The translations under genes were made by a program, and so were the position numbers. A stretch of 64,000 bases of DNA from Balanoglossus misakiensis (lineage: Eukaryota; Animalia; Hemichordata): contig CM082577.2 in NCBI GenBank assembly GCA_040954595.2, positions 12,309,654-12,373,653 on the forward strand, in the 5' to 3' direction. This document shows, piece by piece, positions 40,401-52,400 of this stretch. Position 1 is the first letter of the stretch. Each line of letters starts with the position of its first letter. The notes under the pieces were generated by a model. The model worked only from the letters and a program-made list of their open reading frames with translations, was not told the origin of the DNA and did not search any database.

Positions 40401-43400
40401 TGTTTTCCGAATCCGTTTCTACGGATGCAGAACTCGGAATATGCAGAGTCTTATTCCCGTGTCGACGGAAATCAGATTCATCACTATCGTAATCATCTTG
40501 CCTATTACCTGTCTCTACAGGTGATAGTAAAGATGATTTACATTGTTTCTGAGGCCCCCTAATGATCGAGCGGGTCAAGCTTAGGCCTCGTCCGCCGACC
40601 CGTTGTCGTTTTCCTCGACAAATTGTACTTGTTTTCTTGCTGACTCATTTTTTGCTGGAGACATTTGAGGGCAATTTCTTTTGTAATGTCCCATGTTGCC
40701 ACAGTGGAAGCAACCCCTGCTGTTTGGAGAAGGAGATCGGCTAGTACAGTAGAACGTCGATTATCCGCACGTCGATTATCCGCATTGTTCGGTCATCCGA
40801 ACTCACTCTGTGTCCCCCGAAAAGTCTACCTGTACTAGGCGTATACCTTGTTAACCATTGTTGATATTCACGGCCCTCGCTGTCAAAGGAAGGCATCATA
40901 CAGCACTTTCCTCTTTTAAAAAGTTATTTCTTTAAACAACCTTACCGCCCATTAGCCTTTTGTTTTAATTAAAGTGTTAATGTTTTGTATCCCCGGGTAT
41001 GAATCATTTGGATGCAATCGCAAGAGGTGTGAAAATAAACAGCTCGACAATGGCACGGTTCGTCAGCCGCAAAGCTTTGCCAGCCTTGCTAAAAGGTTGC
41101 GACCGATGGTCGGCTTCTTCATTAAACGTTCGCGGCATTTTGTCAAAACTTGAAAGTGTTAACTAGTTCGGTAGAAGTGTTTAAAAACCCTTGGGTTTTG
41201 GGAAATTTCACCATTTGTAATTCCAGTAGTGATCTGCCGAGAAACATCGAACCGACCGACATCGCATTGCTTCCGCCATTACTGTCCATGCCATCATGGC
41301 TATGTCATGAAGCGAGCGTCACATGCTCGACCTCACGTCGTCATTCTTGTATTTATTTTTTACTTTCTCATAATTTTACTTTGTGCAGTATTTGAAACCA
41401 TCCAAATTTACTTAGAAATAAAAATAGAATGGAAAACGATGTGTCTTGTCTACTATGGACGGGTTTATGTATGCGTGTTATATGTCAGATGTGACCCCGC
41501 CCCCCTAAGTTTGCGTATCCGAACCGATCGCATAACCGAACCAAAAGCCTGTCCCCCTAGCTGTTCGGATAATCGACGTTCTACTGTATATCGACTCCTC
41601 TCTGTTAATTTACCGACGACACGTTTCATCTGCGTGTCGACTGACTCCCACATAGTGGTCATTTTTGTCATTTGGGCTTCAACTTGGGCCATATGTCTTT
41701 CCATGGTTTTGACTACATCAGTAATATTATGGTCCCTTGCTGGTCGACGGTTACCCATGTCTTGGTGATTTCGTGTATCATGTTGATTTGACATGGACGA
41801 ATGACGCGTCACGGCCTGCACTGAGACCAATTCATCCTCTTGGTCTCTTTCTGGGGTGATATATCTCACCTCTTTGCGCTGTTTCCCATAAATAGCCTTA
41901 TGGTTGTGCTGGTACCAACGCATACAATCGATTGCATCCTCGATGGTTTTTGGACGCTGATTGGCTATATATTGGCCAGCTTCCTTGTCCGTCGAGCCCT
42001 GACAAAATCGCATTACTGCTTGTTTGTACATGTGTTCGTCAGATACATCACTATAGGCCCTCACCGCGAGCGATAGTACTCTATCAGCCCAGTCCTCGAG
42101 AACTTCGTCGGGCTGTTGCCGTGCTTGTTGAAATTCAACTTGCGCGGTCTCCGGTAATTCACGGAAACCAAATCGGCGTTCTAATTTCCGCATTACATGG
42201 TCAAAACTGATACTGGTATCTCGTTCGACCAGTAATGTGTAATAGTCGCTCGCTTTCCCTTCAAGAAACCAGCACAAGTAATCCTTACGCACGTCAGCTG
42301 ACCACTGACTAGCATTAGCATATTTGAGAAATTTCGTCTTGAAGGTTCTCCAGTTTGAGGTTCCATTATAAATTAATGTTTTGGGAATGCTTGACGGCTT
42401 CGGAAAAGAGTTTGTTGTTCGCTCTTCAAATCCGTTGCCGCCATTAACATTCCCGGATCCTCGTCTATAGGTATGTCCGGATGGATATATTTCGGAGACC
42501 TGGGGATCATATTCCCGGATATCTCGAGATGACATTGGCGTATAATGATGGTCGGGTTCGCGAGGGGAAGACCTGCTATCACTAAATACAGGTTGTAGAT
42601 AGGGAGTCGGTGATCTGCTGTGGCGTCTTCGTTCATATTCTGGTGACTGAGTCAGATCTATTGAATAATATTGTTGACGTGGTGTTCTCTCCCTACTTTC
42701 CCTATTTACTCTACTGAGTGGTCCGCGGTTTTCGTTTCTACGATCACGGTCATCCTCGCGAAGCGAATACGGATCTCTGTCTCTCATGGAGACTCCGTTT
42801 TTATATTCACGGGAATTTTCATCCCAAGTCAAATTGGTTTGTCTATTCACTCCCGAATTTCGACGGGTGTTGGTAGCGAAATCGTCTCCGCTTTGTTCGT
42901 TCTTTAGATTGACGATTTTAGCTACGTTTTCATGAATTTGTTTTTCTCTTTCCATCCATACGACTTTGTCCTGTTTTATTTCAGCTCTATCATCACCATT
43001 ATCCTCTCTTTCCGTATCTCCCTTTACTTTATCTGAAGCGTATGTACGGTCTTCTTCAGTTTCATTTTCGCTCGCGCTTTGGTGTTCGTTGGTAGCGGTT
43101 TGGTCCTCGAATATGACTATGCATATGACGCAGCATTTCCTCGGTTACCCTGCCGAATTTTTTTCTGAGGTGTGTGATCTTTTTGGCTATATGTTTGCCA
43201 ATCCCCGGGAGTTTTAATAACTCCTCATACGAGCACTCGTTGATGTTTATTTCTGACATCTTTTAAATAAGCACAAATTATGCGTATTGGGGTGTAACGG
43301 GGAATTAATAAATACTATTTAAATCCCTTATTATTCTAAAAGTGGAAAAAATGTTCGGGCTTAGTACCCTTTATTTATTTAAAGAATCCCTAGCTAATAA

Positions 43401-46400
43401 CAATAAATATTCTATATTGATTTAAAAAATAAAATGTTAGTTTGGCCTTAATTATATATCGTATATGAATAGAAATGATCCTGATATATAAAAAATTATT
43501 TTGTAGCACTAGTTTTCAAAAATTCGTTGCTTTCTTATGATACCGAGAACAACGGTGACGTCAGAGAAGCAACGAACGACCACAGCCTGTGCGCGTGACC
43601 CTAAGCGCGCGAATTTTTCCGTACGAGAAAAAAGAATTTGTAAAACAACTTCTAAAAATGAAATTTTTCAAACAACAACACAGTTATTTTTTCTTTTTTA
43701 AATAATAGACAAAACTGGAGATGATGATTCCAGTTTTCTGTGAGTCACCGTGAATATTTTGCGGTGATTACTTACGGCACCTGTTGCTCGTTATATACGC
43801 GAGCTTGTCACAGTTGTCGAGATAAAAAAAAATTTGAAAGAGCCGTAAAATTCTTAAAAAACGTTTTTAGAAAGTGAAATTTCAGGACAAAGTTCTTTAA
43901 CTATAAATGTTCAAAACTGGTCCAAAATTTTTTATTTTGCAAAAATCAAAAAAGTTTTACGGCCTCTTGAAAATTTGTCTATTTTATCGTTTTCTATATT
44001 TCGCGCGTGATGTGCACAGCACTGGGTCGGGTTTTTTCTTTTTCTTGAAAAAAAATTTCCTGGGAGGAAATTCCACAAAAAGTACAATAATTCAGTGAAG
44101 AACAATAAAAACTATCTAGTGCTACTAATTTTTATATCGGTATCATTCACGGAATTAGTAAAAAATTATTTGAAAAAAAAAAAAAAAAAATTGTTGGTGC
44201 GCGTGATCGTGAAAAGAGCACGGAACACAACGCAAACCTGAGTAAATCTCGGCAAAGGCTCGAAAAATTTACTCGCAGCGCCAATGTAGTGTTTACACTG
44301 ACACTAATACTGTTGCTAAGTGTAAGGATACACCTACCTAGCTCTAAGTAGCTATGAAGTCACTTGGACTGGTACTAGTGGTAGTTAGGCGGATCGGCCG
44401 GATGAGCACGTATACGCACGTCTGGTCGGTTTGGGGGTTCGGATAGCAAGTGAAGCAGCCGACGGAAGAGCGAGGGATCCCGGATGTAACGTCATCCTCG
44501 TAACACTTCGGAATGCTTCGGGAGTTGAGGGATATGATCGGCGCTATGACGCAATAACCTCGTTCCACAACACCTACATTGGGCTTCAAACAAATATTTA
44601 CCCATGCACAGAATGCCAGGTTTACCGTACGTGACTACGTGTGAGGAGCTCAGCTGACGTATTTGTATTTTTTCTTTCCTTATCGTGGGATATAAGTAGA
44701 CTTTTCGAAAATGCCAAGTGTAACTTCGAAACCACTTCCCTTTATTCGCTGATGATATATGCAATAAATACAACATTTGTGTCTGAAAGCGAGCGATTTG
44801 TCATCATTGCATTGGGTTGATAAATAATAATAATATTAATTTATTTATTAAACAGTGTTCAAAATACTACTACAAAATACAGAATGAAGAGTTAAAAATA
44901 CAACAAAATACAGAATAAATTGTCAACTCAGACAGCTAAAATAAAACAGTCAACTGCAACACCACCACCACAAAAATCAGTCTTCATCAATCTGAAAGAA
45001 CAATAAAATAAAAAAAGTGAGTTTACTTGACGGGCAAACTTTCACAAAATAATTGTTAGGGTTTAGTAAAACTCGGGAGTACATATCAGCAATCAAAATT
45101 TCTTCGCACGAGAGAGGAGGGAAAACTACGCAGCCGGTTCAATCCCATGATCAAGCCTGCGCCAGCGTATATACGTACACATGCATGCTGTCTTCTCCCG
45201 CCATTTTGCAGAAGAAGTGGCGCTCACGGGTTGAAAAGTAAACAAAATGGCGCTCACATGTTGAAAAGTAAACAAAATTGAACTGTTCATATCGTCACTA
45301 TGAAAGCTTGGAAGTGAATGAAAACTCAAAGAGAGGGAGTTTGATGTCTATATTTTGATAAAAGTTTGAAATTTCGGGGTAAAATCCATGTGTAACGGTC
45401 AGCTTAAAAATAATCGAGAGGATGTCAACGCTATGTGTTTTTTCACAGTCGTCAGAAATTTCGTGATTACAAAGAAACTACACGACAGAAGTTGCCAAAA
45501 AATCATTCAGTAACAATCCAGTATACCTACCTTCAAGTGAATCCACAGTTTTGTCTTAAAATAATCCACATCGCCTGAAAACACCTATACTTTTTGAAGT
45601 CTGCAAATTCACTGGCATTGACAAAACTATAAAATAATGAGAATAATGAACGCCCCAAAGACCCATAATGATCTCAAGCACACATTGTGCTCCATAATAT
45701 ACTCGGCTTCGCCTCGTATATTATGACGCACAATGTGTGCTTTCGTCCATTATGGGTCTTTGGGGCGTTCATTATTCTCTAACCATAAACCTTTAGGACG
45801 ACTAATTCCTTGGCTTCATTCATGTTAAATTACGGGGATTCCAGCAGTAGTCCAGTCGACAGTCCTATATGCTCAATGGTGAACCTAGAAATGTTCTTTC
45901 CTATGAAGTTTTTTTGCTGATTTGCATTCATATGGGTCCCTAAAGCAATTTTAGCTTAGTTGCCAAAATGGCAACTTTGGGCAATTCTTCTAACTTGCAT
46001 AATCAAAAATGGCCGCCAAACACATTCTCTAAAATTAACATTTTGCCCAGTTTGGCTCAAAATGGTGTGTAATAAATCATTTTAGGGATTTGCTTCATAT
46101 GGGCAGCTAAAACAACACAATTTTAATGTCAAAAAGAGAGTTACGGGCAACTTTCCTAATTTGCATAATCAAAAATGGCCGCCGAATACCTTTAAAATTT
46201 AAAGTTTGCTCTGTTTGTCCAAAAATGATGTGTTATGCCTCATTTTCAGGATTTTCATTCACATGGGCATCTAAAACAACTTCGACTTGGTTGCCATGGC
46301 AGTATTGGACAACTCTCCTAATTTGCATAATCCAAGATGGCCGCCGATTGCCTTTAAAATTAACATTATGCCCCGTTTCTCCCTAAATGATGTGTTATGC

Positions 46401-49400
46401 CTCATTTTCATGATTTTCATTCACATGTGTATCTTAAACAATTTAGACTTGGTTACCATGGCAGTATTTGGCAACCCTTCTAATTTGCATAATTCAAAAT
46501 GGCCGCGAAACATCTTTTCGGGAATGTAATTTTGCCGTTCTTGTCCCAGGATCATGTGAAAAACCTCATTTTATTTTCATTACAGTTGAGCAACCATTAC
46601 TGATGTTAATTTATTCAATACAGGTCACTTCAGTGTAAAAATTGCCGAGCCAATATTAAATTTGACCTCCTGGTTGACGATGACTGGACAATTTGAACAC
46701 CTTGTTATTTATCTTGGGGTTTGCCAAATCATGCTTAACAAATATCCATTGTAGCACAATATATTTATGTATGACCAAAAAATGTTAAATATTAATCATG
46801 TATTTCCCCCAATTTTTTTAAATGTGCTGTCCTCGAGGAGAGTTTACAATGTTTTGAACTTAGCAAAACCTACTGTAGTAAGCGGGTGTTTTCAATCAAA
46901 TGGCACTAATTTTTTCTTATCAAATGTTGAATGAGTAATTACTCTTTAAAGTGCTTATGACATGCCCTATACAACCACGCGTAAAATCACTCTTTGGGTC
47001 TTGAAGTTAACGTATGTTACTATCTGGCATTGCGTATCACCCTCTGTGCTTAGATAACAGGCAAGTAAAAGTGGCGAGTGGGCGTGTACTCCTAACCCAA
47101 CTCAGTCGATTTTTTTCGGCTTTTCAAAGTTAAGCGGAAGACTTATCTTGATGTGGACAAATAGTCTTTCACACCTTTTTTAAATCCTCTGCCTGTAATG
47201 TTAGGCAAGGGCTTCCTAAATGCTTTGAACACTGCTTATATAGTTTGTCTTTGTCTGTGGACTTAATTACTCATGGCCCGCTAATTACACTTTACTGTAA
47301 ACAGAATGGTACACTAGAACCTAGTGTACTTGTTTGTCCATATGCAAATACCTTCGCCTGGCTCGAGTGCGAAGTGGCTCCCTGATCACAGGATGGCAGA
47401 TAATTTACTGGATGATAAAACTTGTTTTCTCCCGAGCTGCAATAAGTCTGGAAATTAAAATCGTTTAAGGCAAAGGCCATAAAGAAAATGATGATGTGTA
47501 CAAATGAACGGCGTGATGATGAAACCTTTACAAGAATGGGGCAGGTTTTGGAGGAGAAGCATTAGTAGATGTTCATCAAGGCTGTGACTGGTCATACATA
47601 TCAAAAGAATTTCGGATAAGATGAAGAAGGGTTTAGTAGATCCTGACGAACCACCTGTTGTCAGAATCTTACAATCACAAGTACAAGTCTTTGATTTTAA
47701 ACCACACAGCCTGTTTTGAGCTTCACCCTGTGATGCTATAAATCCCAAGCATCCCGATAGGTGGACTAGAGTGGTACAGTGTGAAAGAAAGGGACCTTGC
47801 CAACAAAACTCACTGAAACCAACGATAGATACGCAATCCTTAGCCTGAAGAACCAACACTTCATCACCAAAATAAGACTAACCAGCTTGGTAAACATTTG
47901 CTTTCGTGTCAGTTTTACACCAAAACTCGTATACTTATCGTACAATTCAATGGATGTCCAAGTACATAGTTTTTTTATTAATGTACATCTCATCGATAAG
48001 CGTTTTCAAAGCTACATCATCAATCTTCAAGCACTGGTCAGCATGCACAGGAATTTTCCTGAATTCACCATAACAACTAATATAATACTGTGCCTCAGCT
48101 GTAGCTAAGTCATGTGCACCATGACACACCGCAAAGCAACTTCCCTACTCCACACATCGTTTTGATCATTACAATACTTTAATACAACATATTTGAAAGG
48201 TGGGGCATCTTTAACACCCTTTCATCAGCGTGTGTTGACAGACTTCAACTGCGAGCATGCGCAGTTGCTGTAGGGCGTACCGTTTTACGTCACACCATGG
48301 TTAGAATAGGACTGCCGTAAAGTGGCATTTGTCGAAATTAAAATTTGGCGACAAAATACCGCCGTGGATTGGAAATTTATGCAAATGAAGTTTGTGGGTT
48401 TTTCCTCAAAAAAGCCTACGCAAAACAAAGAATTTACTTACTTTGGCCTTATCTTTCTTTCCAGAAATGCTCAATAAAAAATATATAAAAAAAAGTTTTG
48501 AATGCTCTCATTTGTAACCTAGTGCCAAATGTATGGAGGTAGTGGTAGTGTTGTAGTTGTGTATTTTATATCAAACACTTAGAGTGCAGAGTATTTAGTT
48601 ATTAAACAATAATTTTAAAAGAATACCATACATACACAATTAATTCACCCAGCCATGTTTATCTTTCATATACTTCAGGTATATCATATGTCGGTGATGT
48701 TGCTGCTAGCAGTGCAGTTAGTTCAGCTGAAATACAGAAAGAGATGACGACGATGATGAAAGATCCAGAAGGTGAAACCACAAGTGTACAACACCACATA
48801 GACACACATGATTTACGTCGTGCACTGTATCCCTTGATGGCAAGACTGCATTCATCATCACCTCTGCAACAAACTGATTCAGTAGTTATGGACACTAATG
48901 AGAAAGGTAAGATTTTTTACAAATTTAAAATATACAGGAGCCGTTCAAGATACACATTGCTTATCAATGATAGCCATTCAAAGATTCCACTATGCAAGTA
49001 TTGACAGCTACCATTACCCATCCCTAACTTCAAATGTTCACTGATGCTTTTCATGTAAATTTTCCATGTCAAAAACTTTGTCATATGTGTGTGCAGCACG
49101 CACAGTTGTTGACAGGAGTGCCCTGGAACTTTCACCTACATGTATAGCTACTAGCAAATCATCTCGGTCAAACTCTCTACAACGTAGTACTTTATAATGG
49201 AGACAATGATGTATGAACATTTATCATTGGTTACTGCATGTAAGTAAAAACAGTACCGTTCTTGAGAACATACATTTTATATGATTGTGTAAAACATTTG
49301 TGAATTTAAAGTAATTTAGAAGACAGAAAAGTGTCACAATGACAAGTTGAGAAAATGGGAAGTTTCCATTATGCTCCCCCTGTGGGTTGTCAACTCTTCA

Positions 49401-52400
49401 GAACAGAATCATGGAAAGAGGAATAGTCTGTATATGTAAAGAGTAACCATGCAAACCTCACTACCCGCAAAATGTACACACACATGTAAATACATTCAGA
49501 GTTATTTTTTTATAAACTTTATTTCGGACTCATGGTCCATATTACAGTAGGATTAGTTGAAAGGGGGAAAAAATAGATTACATATCTAAATGACGAAAAG
49601 AAGCTTATTCCAAAGGCTCAAAGTTTCAGAATTAAAATACAATATATCATGCACGTGCCGCACAATGACATTTTGGCAGTTCAAGAGTCTTTGTTTGAGA
49701 CTAAAAATTTGCCTTCTCTACAGGGCATCGAATGTATCGATTCTGTTCGTCACAAACATAGAGCTCGCACTACTTCGTCTTTCATATCCCAATAGGATAC
49801 GAGCAGCGTTGTTGTATGCAACTTTAGATTTCCTCATTGTGCTGACAGTGAATTTTACCCACATTGGGCTTCCATACATTTGATAACAATATGTTTTGAA
49901 GAGAATACTCTTGATGTCAAAAGTACATCTGAAAAAATTTCTCTTAAGAATATTAGCTGACACATAAAAACATCGCATCTGTCGCTCAATATCATCATCA
50001 TCATGGAGATGATCGTTGAGGATGAAACCCAGATGCTTTTTCTTTGTTACAAATGCTAGTTTAACTCCATTAAGATAAATAGAAGGAATGCGACGAATCA
50101 TAGAAGAATCCGATTTGATACACATACAGTTAGTCTTTTTGTCATTAAATAAAATATCATGAGTATTACCATAGTCGCCACAGATATCGACCAACTTCTG
50201 AGTCCCCTTGACCGAAGAACTAATAAGACATATATCATCGGCATACATTAAATGGTTGATAAAATATCCTCCAATATTACAGCCTGTTTTGGAGTTTGAC
50301 AACATCATACTCAACTGATCAACATAAATATTAAAAAACTTAGGTGACAAGATTCCACCTTATATCTCACCATTGGAACTAATATCATTTAAACCTTTTG
50401 GACTGTGCTCTTTCAATGCAACCATAAGGTGAACAAACTATTTCTGGTCTGTCTTTTGTGTAGTGCCTGTTTTGAAATGATGACTTGTTTGCATGAAATT
50501 CTACAAGAGATTATACGTACTATAAGAGATACTGTCACGGGATATATGGGTTTTGTGTGTATTAGTGTTACATGTGGGTGGGGACGTGGTCAATGTGAAA
50601 TTGGATAGAGGGATGTTTGATGCAAAATGAAAAGAGAACTTATATATCAGTAGCTACCATGTGTCAATCCCTGACAAAAAAAAATATTGGCAGAACTTCA
50701 TTCTACCGTATGGCTTGATCAACTTATCATTTGTGCAATTGTGTAATGCTGATCTGGAGTTTTGCTTTATCATAGTGGATTTTCTTCTGTGTGTTATCCA
50801 CAAGCAACCGTGTCAAAAGATGTTGTATTCTTCATTCTGGTTCTGGCCATATGAAAATTGTAAGAGCAAATCTTAGAGGAGAATGTATCTGCTGCAGTCA
50901 TAATTCTAGGATATTCACTTTCATGGGTAGGGGAGGGAATTTTGTGTATCACTGTGAGACCAAGTTTCTCCTTCCTGGACTGATAAAATAAAAAGGGACA
51001 ACAATGTAGATGAAGGATTATTGATGTTTAAGGGTCAGTATCATGAATTTGTTGCCAAAATTCACTTTTGGAAAAATTTACTCTTTCAGAGTGGATTTTG
51101 ACTGAGGTGCTTGTAAAAATAAGTCCTATTCTAGAAATACAGTGTAACTACAATGCTGACACTAGAGTCAGTTATTCCTGAATATATGTCTTACAGTATT
51201 CAACAATTGTATTCTGATCTATTTTCAGATAAGGACCTCAAAACGACCATCATATTCCTGGCTGAAAAGTGGAATCGTGTGAAGGACACTGTATCTGCCC
51301 TCAACTGTCAACTCGCCAGCAGTGTAGCTGAAGACAGACAACGTAAAACATGCTGTGTTGTTTTGGAGGCAAGTGACGAAGAAAGGAAAGATGCAGCTGA
51401 CTGCGGAGTTGAGTTGATACTTCCAAGTTTGAGAGAAGATCTGCAGGATGCCTTTGGAAAAGATGAGCCAGTTCCAAAATGGATTCTTGTACCAGAGACT
51501 TACTTTACAACCCTCACAGAGTTACAAAATGTGGAATACATTGTGGAACACGTCAAGCCTTCAGCAAAACTCCTGGTTGCAAATGTTTTGAGGAAACGAT
51601 ATTTCAAAGATGCTAAGATTATTCTCATGAATCACATCGTCCCATCAGCTGAAGTACAATGCAAACACATCGAATTTGCTGAGGAGGCATCTGCAGTTTT
51701 CTCTGTTGGACCAGACGTCTTTGAATATTACAAGAGACTCTACGAAACAACCAAAATTCCAGTAAGACATGAATTGTATCTTCCAAGACCAGAGAAAGCA
51801 TTCTTTGATCTTAATGTGAATCAGATAGAAAAAACAAGTGACTTGAAACAAATCCTGACTGTGATAACTGATGAAGATTTGAAATCCACACGATATAAAA
51901 CACTGGCAGCTGAAGTTGGAAAAACAGCCGGTACATTCAACCAGATGCAAATGACGGTTCCATTGTGGTGTGTTCGTACTCCATCAGAAGACGATCTTGA
52001 TTACAAAATTAACATTTTGACAGCGAACTTGAAGTGTTCCTGTTTATTACCAAAGGGTTATCCCCCATATAGCTCTCAAGATGATATTTACAGAGATTTA
52101 CGCCTGAGTAATGTCTGTATTATACCACCTGATGAGCCATTCAGGATGGAGGGATTACGATCCATTGCTGCAGGACTACCTGTGTTAGTTCCGGAAAGAA
52201 CTGCCTTAGCAGCATTTATGAACACATGCTTTGACCATGAAGCAAAGTATTTCCTGTATGACCCTTCTGTTGATGGGGATTTATCAAAACAGATCAATAC
52301 GATGTTGAACACAACACATGCAATACCCGTGGCGACACGTTTGAAGAATATGTATCTCAGTCACACAGAGATTACTAACAGTCATGAAAAGTTCAGAGCT

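Larger units (their letters stand above)
33917..44572 (-). mobile_element. Full-length Gypsy/Ty3 LTR retrotransposon (10.66 kb) with an extra ORF
   Basis: 288-bp TG..CA LTRs at 33917-34204 and 44285-44572; CCTA TSD; PBS; PPT; gag, then PR-RT-RH-IN order. Confidence 0.97.
28776..48448. mobile_element. GGCC-ended Harbinger/MITE-type element expanded to 19.7 kb by nested insertions
   Basis: TIRs ggccaaagtaagtaaatt..ttgttttgcgt / acgcaaaacaa..aatttacttactttggcc; TTA at 28773-75 and 48449-51. Confidence 0.82.

Noticed and set aside
41465-41586. C-terminal 40 aa of the 496-aa gag ORF
   Set aside because: Read-through into the MITE; the true C-terminus with CCHC is at 40581-40746.
34615-43259. Bacterial contamination (comEA, tatD, glycosyltransferases)
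   Set aside because: HhH and TatD-like segments lie between LTRs with a TSD; the GT domains are in spliceosomal exons.
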